Of a DNA stretch of 64,000 nt, positions 11,101-19,300 are shown piece by piece. Position 1 is the stretch's first letter. Each line of letters starts with the position of its first letter. Below the pieces are notes generated by a model, which worked only from the letters and a program-made list of their open reading frames with translations, was not told the DNA's origin and did not search any database. Source of the stretch: a virus (Duplodnaviria; Caudoviricetes); the IMG/VR virus record IMGVR_UViG_3300033073_001332, positions 32,001 to 96,000 of that record; one strand, 5' to 3'. The translations under genes were made by a program, and so were the position numbers.

Positions 11101-12756
11101 TGAAAGGTGTGGTGTAACATAAAGTAATTTAATTTTATTGTTTGATTTATTTTTATTTAAACTTTCCCAATAGGCTATTTCCATATCATCTTCATAATCT
11201 TGGTCTCTACCTTCTGAATCTGAAAAACTTGGTCCTTGTGTAAATAACATTGGTACGGTGATGCCAAAATCAAATTTCTTATGTCTATCATTATGAATAA
11301 ATCTGTAAGTGTCGGACGAACAATCATTTAAAAACATATCAACCGCACACATATAAAAAGGACTTGATGGTGTTAAATACTCGGTCATAATAGTCATCCA
11401 ATGTTCAACAAAATGTCTTTTGTAAAATAGCGATTGCGTACATAACATTTCTTCAAATGAACCATGTGTTTTACCTTTTAATTTAATCTCAGTTCTTGGT
11501 AATAATTTAACTCCTAAACCAACAACATCATAATTAGAAATGGTCTCATCCCAATTATCAAAAATCGCATCTATTTCACTTTTCGATACTCCATTCATTA
11601 ATTTAATATCATCTTCAAATACTATTACATTTTGAGCATCAGTTGATAAAAATTTAGAAAACAAATTAACGTATGCTGCATTACATCCCATTTTTCTATA
11701 TTCGGGATTATATAATATCACACCATCAATAAATTCATATCCCGTAATTTCTAATTCATTCAAAAGTTTAATAACACTTTCTTTTCTATCTGTTCGATGA
11801 GGTAAATTTATCACGTAACCCGCATCTGCAATTTTCTTATTTTTATAGTATAAACCTTTTAATTGTTCCATCATTTTATCTATTATGTTTAATCTTTTTT
11901 CTCCGTGAATGAAGAATAAATCTTCCCTTTTTGCTGGGACCATTAACCAATCCTTAATATATCTTGGTTCACCTGTAAATGTAGTTTTATTGTTTATTAA
12001 ATCAATTGTTTCTAAAGTCCCATTCACATAAACACTTGGGAGACCCTTATCAATTTTATATTTCCATAATAGACAATTAACAATAGTCTCTTCATGGTAT
12101 GCTGCATATTTTACCGTATTGTTTTTAATAATTGGATTATGACACATTTCCATCCATTCATTTATAAAATCTAATGAATTTTGACCTGCAAGATAATACC
12201 CTGTTTGTCTATATCCGGCTTGAAATCTAAATGATTGGTCTACATTATACAAATCACAGATTGGGTGTTCTAAAGTTTTTGTTAAATCGTCACCACCATT
12301 TCCAACACCATCCCACGACATAAAATCATATACTCCTTTTGTAAAATATGGAGTTGTTTCATCTTCAGGATATAAATCAAATATCTTTTCTAAGTTTGGT
12401 AAACAGACCGTATCTGCGTCTAAATAACATACCGTTTCTGAGTAATTTTCTAAAACATCTTTTGTGATAAAAGGTCTTTGAATTAAAGTATCATAAATTT
12501 CAATTTGGTTTCTATCAATATAAAAAGACCCGTCATTGTTTACCTCGTATAGGGTTTCACTTTTTCTAATATCACAAATTAGTTTTTTTACATAAACGTT
12601 TTCTTCGTTTATTTCTTCAAAATAATTTAACAAATAGACAAAGATTGGTAGATTAGAATAAGACCTTATACTTTTGATTGTTTTTTTTATTATTGGTAGA
12701 TAGTTCACATTCCCGTATAATAGAAATGATTTTTTGAATTTTTCTTTATTTTCCAT
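8176..12756 (-). CDS. Multidomain glycosyltransferase: GT-A (GT8-like) + GT25-like + GT4 + autotransporter O-heptosyltransferase (TibC/Aah-like) + FkbM methyltransferase
   Basis: YLDADT (GT-A); VINLPHRTDRK...VFEDD (GT25); TPHLSTGGMP...WECNPLVIREA (GT4); SLGDTLSWFPYVEEFRKKH, STAQAKYWNNPTGW, GLGSGLSWLAW and CHGC-x13-C-x11-C (TibC-type); LDVGASIG...LKTDCEGGE (FkbM). Confidence 0.85.
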   Translation of the reverse strand: MENKEKFKKSFLLYGNVNYLPIIKKTIKSIRSYSNLPIFVYLLNYFEEINEENVYVKKLICDIRKSETLYEVNNDGSFYIDRNQIEIYDTLIQRPFITKDVLENYSETVCYLDADTVCLPNLEKIFDLYPEDETTPYFTKGVYDFMSWDGVGNGGDDLTKTLEHPICDLYNVDQSFRFQAGYRQTGYYLAGQNSLDFINEWMEMCHNPIIKNNTVKYAAYHEETIVNCLLWKYKIDKGLPSVYVNGTLETIDLINNKTTFTGEPRYIKDWLMVPAKREDLFFIHGEKRLNIIDKMMEQLKGLYYKNKKIADAGYVINLPHRTDRKESVIKLLNELEITGYEFIDGVILYNPEYRKMGCNAAYVNLFSKFLSTDAQNVIVFEDDIKLMNGVSKSEIDAIFDNWDETISNYDVVGLGVKLLPRTEIKLKGKTHGSFEEMLCTQSLFYKRHFVEHWMTIMTEYLTPSSPFYMCAVDMFLNDCSSDTYRFIHNDRHKKFDFGITVPMLFTQGPSFSDSEGRDQDYEDDMEIAYWESLNKNKSNNKIKLLYVTPHLSTGGMPQFLLKRIQELQKHKDELEIFLVEFCLFSGTYIVQRNQILDLFDENHFFNLSVIGEEKEEEKKERLIDIIRDNNIDIVHFEEISEGFEEFNRVSKTLLNGIFSNDRTWKIVESCHNIWFNPANRKVRPDAYSLVTPFHLKETFKNEPSYKELHLYPIEDFVSEIKESHQIYNDEFKVPMIEKINKREKLGLDLFKTHVLNVGLWTSGKNQGEGVEIARNLWEKNKDVHFHFLGNQAPNFEDYWSPIMQNLPPNVTVWYERNDVDDFMRACDVLMFNSTWECNPLVIREAASYGMKIMARNLPQYMGMFDGYITEINDSDTIDLKSDKLLSLIKNKETYQLKEKSDLGGDLLKFYKKVLELDFMKNEEIKNDYSILNHYIINPYLEINGKTDNKLNIRFFDNNQLVYNQDIGINSWVKMNKQYYTNWRVEVRENDELIYTNTNDYKNKRVFISFGSKSLGDTLSWFPYVEEFRKKHQCELIVCTFLNDLFKDQYPEIQFVEPGTVVNNIVAQYNIGWYYTEEEGTDENWDRNVHKTDFKQIPLQQCASDILGLDYKEIRPKLNLPKVEKKKKVGIGVHSTAQAKYWNNPTGWQEVVDYLKNLGYEVMIYSREEDGYMGNKHPKGVTKFKGGSVQEVINDLSTCEFFIGLGSGLSWLAWACELPVVLISGFSEKWAETTLDTYRVINENVCHGCFNWNRLDAGDWNWCPKHKGTKKQFECTKEITSQMVIERIEKIINKEEPTKEEIITKSEFDWGWMDTDRELAEFHKGAITEEIFNNNIYEKFFEVEKGDVVLDVGASIGPFTYSILHKKPKHVFCVEPSESEFTTLIKNTIGHPVTHINKGLSDTNGIVECDQLFGGESHMESITFDKLVNLYGLQKIDFLKTDCEGGEYEIFKQENIPFIKQNIKKIAGEWHLRSQKDKVRFRYFRDNILPQFENYEVYSVDGVDIKWDLWNEHFIEYYFEVILYIKN

Positions 12757-12793
12757 CAATAAAAAGATAAGACTTACGAACGACTAAATGAAG

Positions 12794-12801
12794 TATTTAT
12801 A
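12794..12801 (+). promoter_or_regulatory. TATTTATA putative phage late promoter
   Basis: 7 nt upstream of ATG 12809; the same motif precedes 15 gene starts in the window. Confidence 0.6.
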
Positions 12802-12808
12802 AAATAAA

Positions 12809-13816
12809 ATGCCAACACCAAACAAAATAAAATTTACAACAACTCAATCTAATGGGACTATAAAGGTTGGTAATTATATTGTTGGTGTAAGTAGTGGGGT
12901 AACCTACGGACCAACATCGGTAACAGGATTTTATCAAAGTTTAGCTCCCGTAACGAGTGGTTTTACTATACATCAAAATAAAGCAACTTTAGGACCATCC
13001 ACTTTTAGACCTAATAATGATACTGAATTTATTAATTTAACAAAAAAATTAGGGGGTAATGTTACAGGAGTAACTGATAGTTTAGTATACCTGTCATCTC
13101 AATCCGATATAATCGTATTGAATCGAACATATGAGGAAATTGTAACCAGTGGTTTAACTTTTTGTGTGGATGCTGGATATACTCCATCATATTTAAGGTC
13201 AGGAACTACTTGGACTGATTTAAGTTTTAGTGGTAGTAATGGGACTTTAACTAATGGACCAACATTCGATATTAATAATGGTGGTTCTATAGTGTTTGAT
13301 GGTGTGAATGATTATGTAAATTTTGGTAATAAGAATTTAGGTTTAGATTTAGTAAATAAATCATTTTGTGCTTGGGTTTATCTTGGGTCGACACTTGCAA
13401 ATCCAACTGGTATTATTGATAAAGATTTTGATACAGGTCCTGGTGTTTACGGTGGTTGGGGATTTTGGGTAGGTTCTGACAGAAAGCTTTGGTGGTGGAA
13501 TACTGCAAACCAAGATATAAGAGATACGGGAACTGCAATTGGAACTAATGTTTGGACTCACGTTGCGGTAACATATAATGCCTCAACAAAAACAGCTACA
13601 TTCTATCTAAACGGAACCTTTAATTCAAGTGCTTCAAACTCAAGTGTAAGTGAACTATCCTCAAGTACCCAACCATTGGTAATAGGTTGTATAAGAAACG
13701 CCGTTGGAGCGTTTTTGAACGGTAGAATCGCAAATGTTTTAGCTTATAATCGAATTTTATCAGCATCTGAAGTTTCACAAAATTACAACGCTCAAAAATC
13801 AAGATTCGGTCTTTAA
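12809..13816 (+). CDS. LamG/concanavalin A-like jellyroll protein (putative virion lectin/decoration protein)
   Basis: GLTFCVDAG, FDGVNDYV, WTHVAVTY...FYLNG and YNRILSASEVSQNYNA LamG motifs. Confidence 0.85.
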   Translation: MPTPNKIKFTTTQSNGTIKVGNYIVGVSSGVTYGPTSVTGFYQSLAPVTSGFTIHQNKATLGPSTFRPNNDTEFINLTKKLGGNVTGVTDSLVYLSSQSDIIVLNRTYEEIVTSGLTFCVDAGYTPSYLRSGTTWTDLSFSGSNGTLTNGPTFDINNGGSIVFDGVNDYVNFGNKNLGLDLVNKSFCAWVYLGSTLANPTGIIDKDFDTGPGVYGGWGFWVGSDRKLWWWNTANQDIRDTGTAIGTNVWTHVAVTYNASTKTATFYLNGTFNSSASNSSVSELSSSTQPLVIGCIRNAVGAFLNGRIANVLAYNRILSASEVSQNYNAQKSRFGL

Positions 13817-13859
13817 TTAAATTCTTTTTTTTTATTATTACTTTCTTATCTTTCATAGT

Positions 13860-14792
13860 ATGAAAGACATTTGTTTAGATTTAACGGGATGTAGGGCTTT
13901 AGGTGATACTTTATGTGTTACACCAACAATTAGAAAATTATATAATTCATATAATAGAAAAATATCAGTTATTACAAATAATCCTGACCTATTTCAAACA
14001 AACAATTATATCAAAAACATTTATGATATTAATGTTGATAGGGACGTATTAAAAATGTCATACGATATATTTGATACTTTTGATTTATCATACAAAGATA
14101 ATGGTGTATGTAATAAACATAACGCCATGGATATTAGACAATTTCATGCGGTGTCATTAGGGTTTATGTTAAATAAAGAAGAAATGACTTTAGATTACAG
14201 ACCGAACACCAATTGTATGATACCTAACTTACCTAAAAAATATGTATTAATACATTCAGTTCAGAATTGGAATTCAAGAACTTGGTCGTTTGATAATTGG
14301 AGGTTATTAACAAAATTATTAAATGAGAAGGGTATTGCGGTTATATCGGTAGGGAAAGACTCATCAGAAACAGGAGGTTCAAATGTTGAAAAACCTGCCT
14401 TTGATTTCGATATTGAAAATGGTTTGAATTTAGTTAATAAAACTACTCTTGATGAAACATGGCATTTAATATCAAATTCTTTATGTTTTGTAACGATGGA
14501 TTCAGGTCTACTACATTTAGCAGGAACAACCGATGCTGAAATTATTCAACTTGGTAGTTCAATAAATCCTGAGTTTAGGTCACCATTTAGAAATGGTTCA
14601 CAAGAATACAAATATCATTATGTAAGAGGTGGTTGCGGATTAAATTGTGCGTCTGATGTAAAATATGGTGTTAGAGAGTGGGGTTCAATACATGGAGTTC
14701 CTCCTTTAGTTGATTGTTTAGAACGAAAATCAACATTCGAGTGTCACCCAACGGTAATGCAAGTCTATAATAAAATAATAGAACTGATTTAA
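13860..14792 (+). CDS. GT9/heptosyltransferase-like glycosyltransferase
   Basis: ALGDTLCVTP, SRTW...W, TMDSGLLHLAG; C-terminal Cys cluster (CGLNC...DC...FECHP). Confidence 0.75.
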   Translation: MKDICLDLTGCRALGDTLCVTPTIRKLYNSYNRKISVITNNPDLFQTNNYIKNIYDINVDRDVLKMSYDIFDTFDLSYKDNGVCNKHNAMDIRQFHAVSLGFMLNKEEMTLDYRPNTNCMIPNLPKKYVLIHSVQNWNSRTWSFDNWRLLTKLLNEKGIAVISVGKDSSETGGSNVEKPAFDFDIENGLNLVNKTTLDETWHLISNSLCFVTMDSGLLHLAGTTDAEIIQLGSSINPEFRSPFRNGSQEYKYHYVRGGCGLNCASDVKYGVREWGSIHGVPPLVDCLERKSTFECHPTVMQVYNKIIELI

Positions 14793-14817
14793 ATGGTATT
14801 TATCTAATAAAGATTAG

Positions 14818-16449
14818 ATGCCAAACGGAATTAAATATAATATAAGTGCAGAATCTTTAGCATTAAAAAAAGGTAATTTTTATATTGCAACAGGTGATGT
14901 AGGTAAAGGACCGACAAGTACTTCAGGATTTTATAACGGTATAACACCTCCTGCCAATGGATATACAATATATTTAAATAAGGGTAGTGGAGGGCCATCA
15001 ATTTATGTCGCGTCAAATGATTCAGAATTAATCTCAGTAACTAATAAAATTTCCGGGTCAAATTATAGTACAGTGGCTCAATGCCTATCCTACTTTGCTG
15101 AACAGACAGATAAGATGGTTTTGAATAATGATTACTCCCCAACCATCACAAATGGTTTAGTTTTGAATTTAGATGCTGGATTTACACCATCTTATCCAAG
15201 AAATGGTACAACTTGGTATGATATAAGTGTTTCTGGTCCCAATAACGTTACATTAACAAACGGTCCCACATATAATAGTATCGGTTACTTAACTTTTGAT
15301 GGGTCAGATGATTATGCTAATTTTTATGCTCCTAGTTTAGGAACAACAACAACTGTTGAGATGTTATGTAAGATGGGTTCGGCATATGATGGTAAAATGT
15401 TTTTTGGGTTTCTATATTATGACGTTTGGTGTGGAAATTCATGTTTAGGATATAATACATCTTTTGGTGATTTGTATGGTATATCGTCATCGTCAGTATC
15501 TTCACTAGGGTTGGTAGGTAATTGGAAACATTATGTATTTGAAATGAGAAGTGATGTTTCATATACAAATAATAAAATATTTATAAACGGCGTTTCACAA
15601 ACCCTGTCACAACAATTTGGGAGTGAAAACTCAAACGCAAGAAACTTCAATTCAGGTTCAGGTCGAATCTCATCTTGGTTAGCCGATTTGAATTATCCTA
15701 TGCCAATGGACACTATATATTTTAGGGTGTATAATAGAGCTTTAACTACATCAGAAATTACTCAAAATTATTATGGAGGTAATGTAGTGACAAATGGATT
15801 GATATTATTTTTAGACGGTGGGAATATTATATCGTACCCCGAAACAGGAACGGTATGGTATGATATGACAACAAGTAATTATTCTGTCACAGGAAGTAAT
15901 CTTCAACTAGGTAAAAATAGTAGATATTCATTATTTAGTGATGGTAATAATCCTGAAATTGCAACATCAGCTATCCTGAATAATGATTACCATACTATTG
16001 AAATGGTATTGATGTTTAAGGGTACAGGAGATTATCCAAACGGATGGACAGGAAGTTGGGAGCAGTTTTTTGGGTACTATAGTGGTGGTAGTGATAGGTC
16101 GCCAGGTGTATGGAGATGGCCTTCTGAGAGAAGAATACACTGGAGATATGACCCTGGAAATACTGGTGTAGATTTTGGAAAAAATTTAGCATATGATGAA
16201 TTTGATTTAAATACGTATTACCATATAACCGTTACAAAAAATGGTGGTATAGCAGAAGCATGGGTAAATGGTACATTTGTAAATTCTAATAGTGTTTCAT
16301 CACCAAAAACATCAGGTAACTCTGTATTAAGATTTTTTGACTACTATACTAGTGGTCTTATGGAAATACAGGTGTGTAAAATATATAACCGAGTTTTGAC
16401 AAACCAAGAAATATATCAAAACTATAACTCTTTGGCTAATAGATTTTAA
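14818..16449 (+). CDS. Tandem LamG-domain protein
   Basis: Two GL(V/I)L..D(A/G)G ... YNR.LT..EI.QNY units; N-terminal module shared with 12809 and 16550; TATTTATC at 14797. Confidence 0.85.
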   Translation: MPNGIKYNISAESLALKKGNFYIATGDVGKGPTSTSGFYNGITPPANGYTIYLNKGSGGPSIYVASNDSELISVTNKISGSNYSTVAQCLSYFAEQTDKMVLNNDYSPTITNGLVLNLDAGFTPSYPRNGTTWYDISVSGPNNVTLTNGPTYNSIGYLTFDGSDDYANFYAPSLGTTTTVEMLCKMGSAYDGKMFFGFLYYDVWCGNSCLGYNTSFGDLYGISSSSVSSLGLVGNWKHYVFEMRSDVSYTNNKIFINGVSQTLSQQFGSENSNARNFNSGSGRISSWLADLNYPMPMDTIYFRVYNRALTTSEITQNYYGGNVVTNGLILFLDGGNIISYPETGTVWYDMTTSNYSVTGSNLQLGKNSRYSLFSDGNNPEIATSAILNNDYHTIEMVLMFKGTGDYPNGWTGSWEQFFGYYSGGSDRSPGVWRWPSERRIHWRYDPGNTGVDFGKNLAYDEFDLNTYYHITVTKNGGIAEAWVNGTFVNSNSVSSPKTSGNSVLRFFDYYTSGLMEIQVCKIYNRVLTNQEIYQNYNSLANRF

Positions 16450-16451
16450 TT

Positions 16452-16550
16452 ATGGGGCAAATTCATGGAAATTGTGCGGAATGTGGTCAAAACGGACCAT
16501 TAGATAAAAACAACAAATGCTCTGTTTGTGGAACAAAAAATAATAGATAA
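16452..16550 (+). CDS. 32-aa zinc-ribbon microprotein (not in ORF track)
   Basis: MGQIHGNCAECGQNGPLDKNNKCSVCGTKNNR*: CxxC-x11-CxxC. Starts 2 nt after the upstream stop and its TAA overlaps the next ATG (TAATG). Confidence 0.65.
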   Translation: MGQIHGNCAECGQNGPLDKNNKCSVCGTKNNR

Positions 16551-17548
16551 TGGCAAACACTATAAAATATTCAACAACGGGAGACACTTTATCAATTAAA
16601 AAAGGTAATTGGTTTATTGGTACTGGAGATGTTGGTAAAGGTCCTTCATCCACCACAGGTCATTGGGCTGCAATAGCACCAAATACAGGAGGTTATACAA
16701 TTTATGAAAATAAAAATGCAAATGGACCATCCATTAGAGTTGCTCCAGATGGTGGTGAATTAGTAAAATGGACAGGAACTTTTTATAGTGGTGTTAATAT
16801 TACGGATGTATATAGTGCGATAACTCATTTAAATACAAACACAACAACGATGGTTGTAAATAAAGAGTACGAGTCAATTATTACAAATGGTTTAGTATTT
16901 TCTGTAGATGCGGGATTTGTAACTTCATATTATACAAGTGGTTCAGTATGGAGAGATATTAGTTTGAATGGTACCACAGGTACACTATTTAATTCCCCTA
17001 CCTATTCAGGAGTGTCAGGTGGATTTTTAAGATTTAGTAAATCTAGTTCACAATATGCAACATCAACAAATATTGGTAGTATATCTAATTGGACTGCAGA
17101 GGTATGGGTCAGATTCAACTCATCTTTGAATGGTCAAGTTGCTATGGTGATTGGTAATCAGTTTAACGGTACTAACGCAATAAACTTCACAATAGGTACA
17201 AATGGAGCTCCTGGCTCATATAACATTCAGGCAGGTTTTTTTGATGGTTCATGGAGAAATACAACGGGATTCGCACCTGCACTTAATACTTGGTATCATA
17301 TTGTAGGTACTTATGATGGTTCAACAATCCGACAATACGTAAACGGTGTTGCTTCAGGAGGAACTTTGAATTATGTCGGAACACCTACATCAGGAGGTGA
17401 AATAAGAATGATGAGAAGATGGGACGACATTGTAAGTTCATCAAATCTTATTGATGGAGATTTAGCAATTGCTAGAGTTTATAATAGAGCGTTATCCGCA
17501 ACTGAAGTTTCAACAAACTATAACGCACAACTAGCAAGATTCTCATAA
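16550..17548 (+). CDS. LamG-domain protein
   Basis: GLVFSVDAG, WYHIVGTYDG...YVNG, VYNRALSATEVSTNYNA. Confidence 0.85.
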   Translation: MANTIKYSTTGDTLSIKKGNWFIGTGDVGKGPSSTTGHWAAIAPNTGGYTIYENKNANGPSIRVAPDGGELVKWTGTFYSGVNITDVYSAITHLNTNTTTMVVNKEYESIITNGLVFSVDAGFVTSYYTSGSVWRDISLNGTTGTLFNSPTYSGVSGGFLRFSKSSSQYATSTNIGSISNWTAEVWVRFNSSLNGQVAMVIGNQFNGTNAINFTIGTNGAPGSYNIQAGFFDGSWRNTTGFAPALNTWYHIVGTYDGSTIRQYVNGVASGGTLNYVGTPTSGGEIRMMRRWDDIVSSSNLIDGDLAIARVYNRALSATEVSTNYNAQLARFS

Positions 17549-17566
17549 TAAATAAAAAATAATATA

Positions 17567-17833
17567 ATGGTGATTTTACAAGATTATGACGACAGAAAAT
17601 TCATGATTTTTAATGTAAGTGAATTAGGTCAAATAGATTTTACAACCGTATTAGAAACATCCGCAGAAACGGTAAGAAAATCAGTTGATGGTACAAAAAC
17701 ATTTGTTAAATGGGAGGGTGTAATACCATCCTGTGTAAATAATTTAACCACTAAACAAGGTCCATATACGTATGATGAAATGATAACAATTTTATCAACA
17801 CCTGAATGGACAACACCAATGACATTAATATAA
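17567..17833 (+). CDS. Hypothetical phage protein
   Basis: 88-aa ORF with A-rich upstream region, coupled to the next gene by TAATG. Confidence 0.7.
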   Translation: MVILQDYDDRKFMIFNVSELGQIDFTTVLETSAETVRKSVDGTKTFVKWEGVIPSCVNNLTTKQGPYTYDEMITILSTPEWTTPMTLI

Positions 17834-18624
17834 TGCCAACATCAAGACCATTCGCATATAATACAGGTTCTGCGATTGCGGGAACTCAACAATTTGGTAG
17901 TATTGCGGTAGGAACGCCAACATCAGGAGTTACTGGTAACCCAAGATGGTGGAATGGTCCCGATGAAGAGTTAGGTTATGTAATTGCTCAATCAGTTCCT
18001 GAAAACACTCAACCGGCACCTGATGGGTCAACATCATCGATTGGTTTTTTTAGGTCAACCGCACTTACGGAAAGTTCATTTATTCAAATCGCACAAAGGG
18101 TATCCGTAAATCAAACATTTGCCACGGGAAATGATGCGTACTTGTGGTTAACGGGGAATAGTTATTGGTCGTCTTGGGTATATAGTGCAACAAGTAGTGG
18201 TGTTACATTTGCCCAAACGTTTACGTCAGGAGCCGCTCCTGGAACAACAATAGAAAATGCTTGGACTACGTTTAGAGGTCAGTTAACAGGAACATATACT
18301 AAATTTGATTTTTATAGTTCAAACGGTCAAGGATATACTGGTATTACTGACGCAGTGAAAGTACAACAATTAGCAAATGCTCTACGTACAGGAACTACAG
18401 GTGTTTCCTTTACAACTTCAATTAGTGGTGTTACATGGTTAGTGACTTGTTGTGCTTGCAGGGCCGGTGGAGTTATAAATGGAGCGGTTGAGTTTTCAAA
18501 TGTTGCCGCATGTAGTGGTAGTAGTACTGCATCGTTAAGACCATTTATTAATAATGCGAACTGGGGAGGTATCGGGTCAACTGTAGGTGCAGCTACTCAA
18601 ACATTAACTCTTAAATTTTATTAG
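17833..18624 (+). CDS. Thr/Ser/Gly-rich putative virion protein
   Basis: Likely start ATG 17833 (TAATG overlap), MPTSRPFAYN...; many [ST]G-x-[ST] motifs. Confidence 0.7.
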   Translation: MPTSRPFAYNTGSAIAGTQQFGSIAVGTPTSGVTGNPRWWNGPDEELGYVIAQSVPENTQPAPDGSTSSIGFFRSTALTESSFIQIAQRVSVNQTFATGNDAYLWLTGNSYWSSWVYSATSSGVTFAQTFTSGAAPGTTIENAWTTFRGQLTGTYTKFDFYSSNGQGYTGITDAVKVQQLANALRTGTTGVSFTTSISGVTWLVTCCACRAGGVINGAVEFSNVAACSGSSTASLRPFINNANWGGIGSTVGAATQTLTLKFY

Positions 18625-18626
18625 AT

Positions 18627-18761
18627 ATGGTAACATACGACGTAATAGAAATAGAAACAGGAAACATTATCTTATCAGACACAACACAAGAGGAATGTTT
18701 ACAATGGATAGAAGATTATGGTAATATTATAGATTATACTATACAAGAACATCAATATTAA
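18627..18761 (+). CDS. 44-aa acidic hypothetical microprotein (not in ORF track)
   Basis: MVTYDVIEIETGNIILSDTTQEECLQWIEDYGNIIDYTIQEHQY*; ATG 2 nt after the upstream stop; fills the gap to the convergent gene. Confidence 0.5.
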   Translation: MVTYDVIEIETGNIILSDTTQEECLQWIEDYGNIIDYTIQEHQY

Positions 18762-19230
18762 AATACACTCGCTCTTTAGAACCAACCATTTGTTTATACC
18801 ATTTACCTTTGTCGTCCATCCACACATAAGGGTCATCAGGATTCTCAGTCCAACCGTGTTTAGTGTAATACTCAGAATCTTTACGTAAAAGATTCGCCCT
18901 ATGAGAAGAGTGAAATTCTTCAGTACCTAACCAATGAGGTAAAACAAATTCACCTTCAATAATTTCGTGTTCCATTGTATTTTTGAATCCACGAGATACC
19001 CATACATCGATTGAATCGTTGTAATATTGTTTGAGTGCGTTGACGTAGTCTCTCCACATAACAGAACATGGGTGATTTAACCAACCCTTATATGGTTTAC
19101 CATCTTTACGCGTACGACCTGTGATTGCAGATATAATTTGATATGCCTCAACACGTTGTTTTCCAAGACGTTTGTTGTCTAAACTTTCTAATGATTTTCT
19201 AAAATCTGTGTATGGAAGGAATGTCTGCAT
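18739..19230 (-). CDS. Pyrimidine-dimer DNA glycosylase/endonuclease V-like protein (MSMEG_6728 family)
   Basis: MQTFLPY..F..S...LD.KRLGKQRVEA.QI, NHP...MW, FHSSHRANLLRKD signature. Confidence 0.85.
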   Translation of the reverse strand: MQTFLPYTDFRKSLESLDNKRLGKQRVEAYQIISAITGRTRKDGKPYKGWLNHPCSVMWRDYVNALKQYYNDSIDVWVSRGFKNTMEHEIIEGEFVLPHWLGTEEFHSSHRANLLRKDSEYYTKHGWTENPDDPYVWMDDKGKWYKQMVGSKERVYFNIDVLV

Positions 19231-19300
19231 GAACTTTTTTGAATTACGATATATTTATAAAACAAAGATAATAAAAAAAATAAAATAATTAAAAAAAATT

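Noticed and set aside
16444-16450. TTT-TAA shifty stop that might fuse the zinc ribbon to the LamG protein
   Set aside because: The Cys motif is in frame with its own ATG at 16452, so no frameshift is needed
12809-17548. Diversity-generating retroelement acting on the LamG paralogues
   Set aside because: No reverse transcriptase in the window and no near-identical template/variable repeat pair was seen
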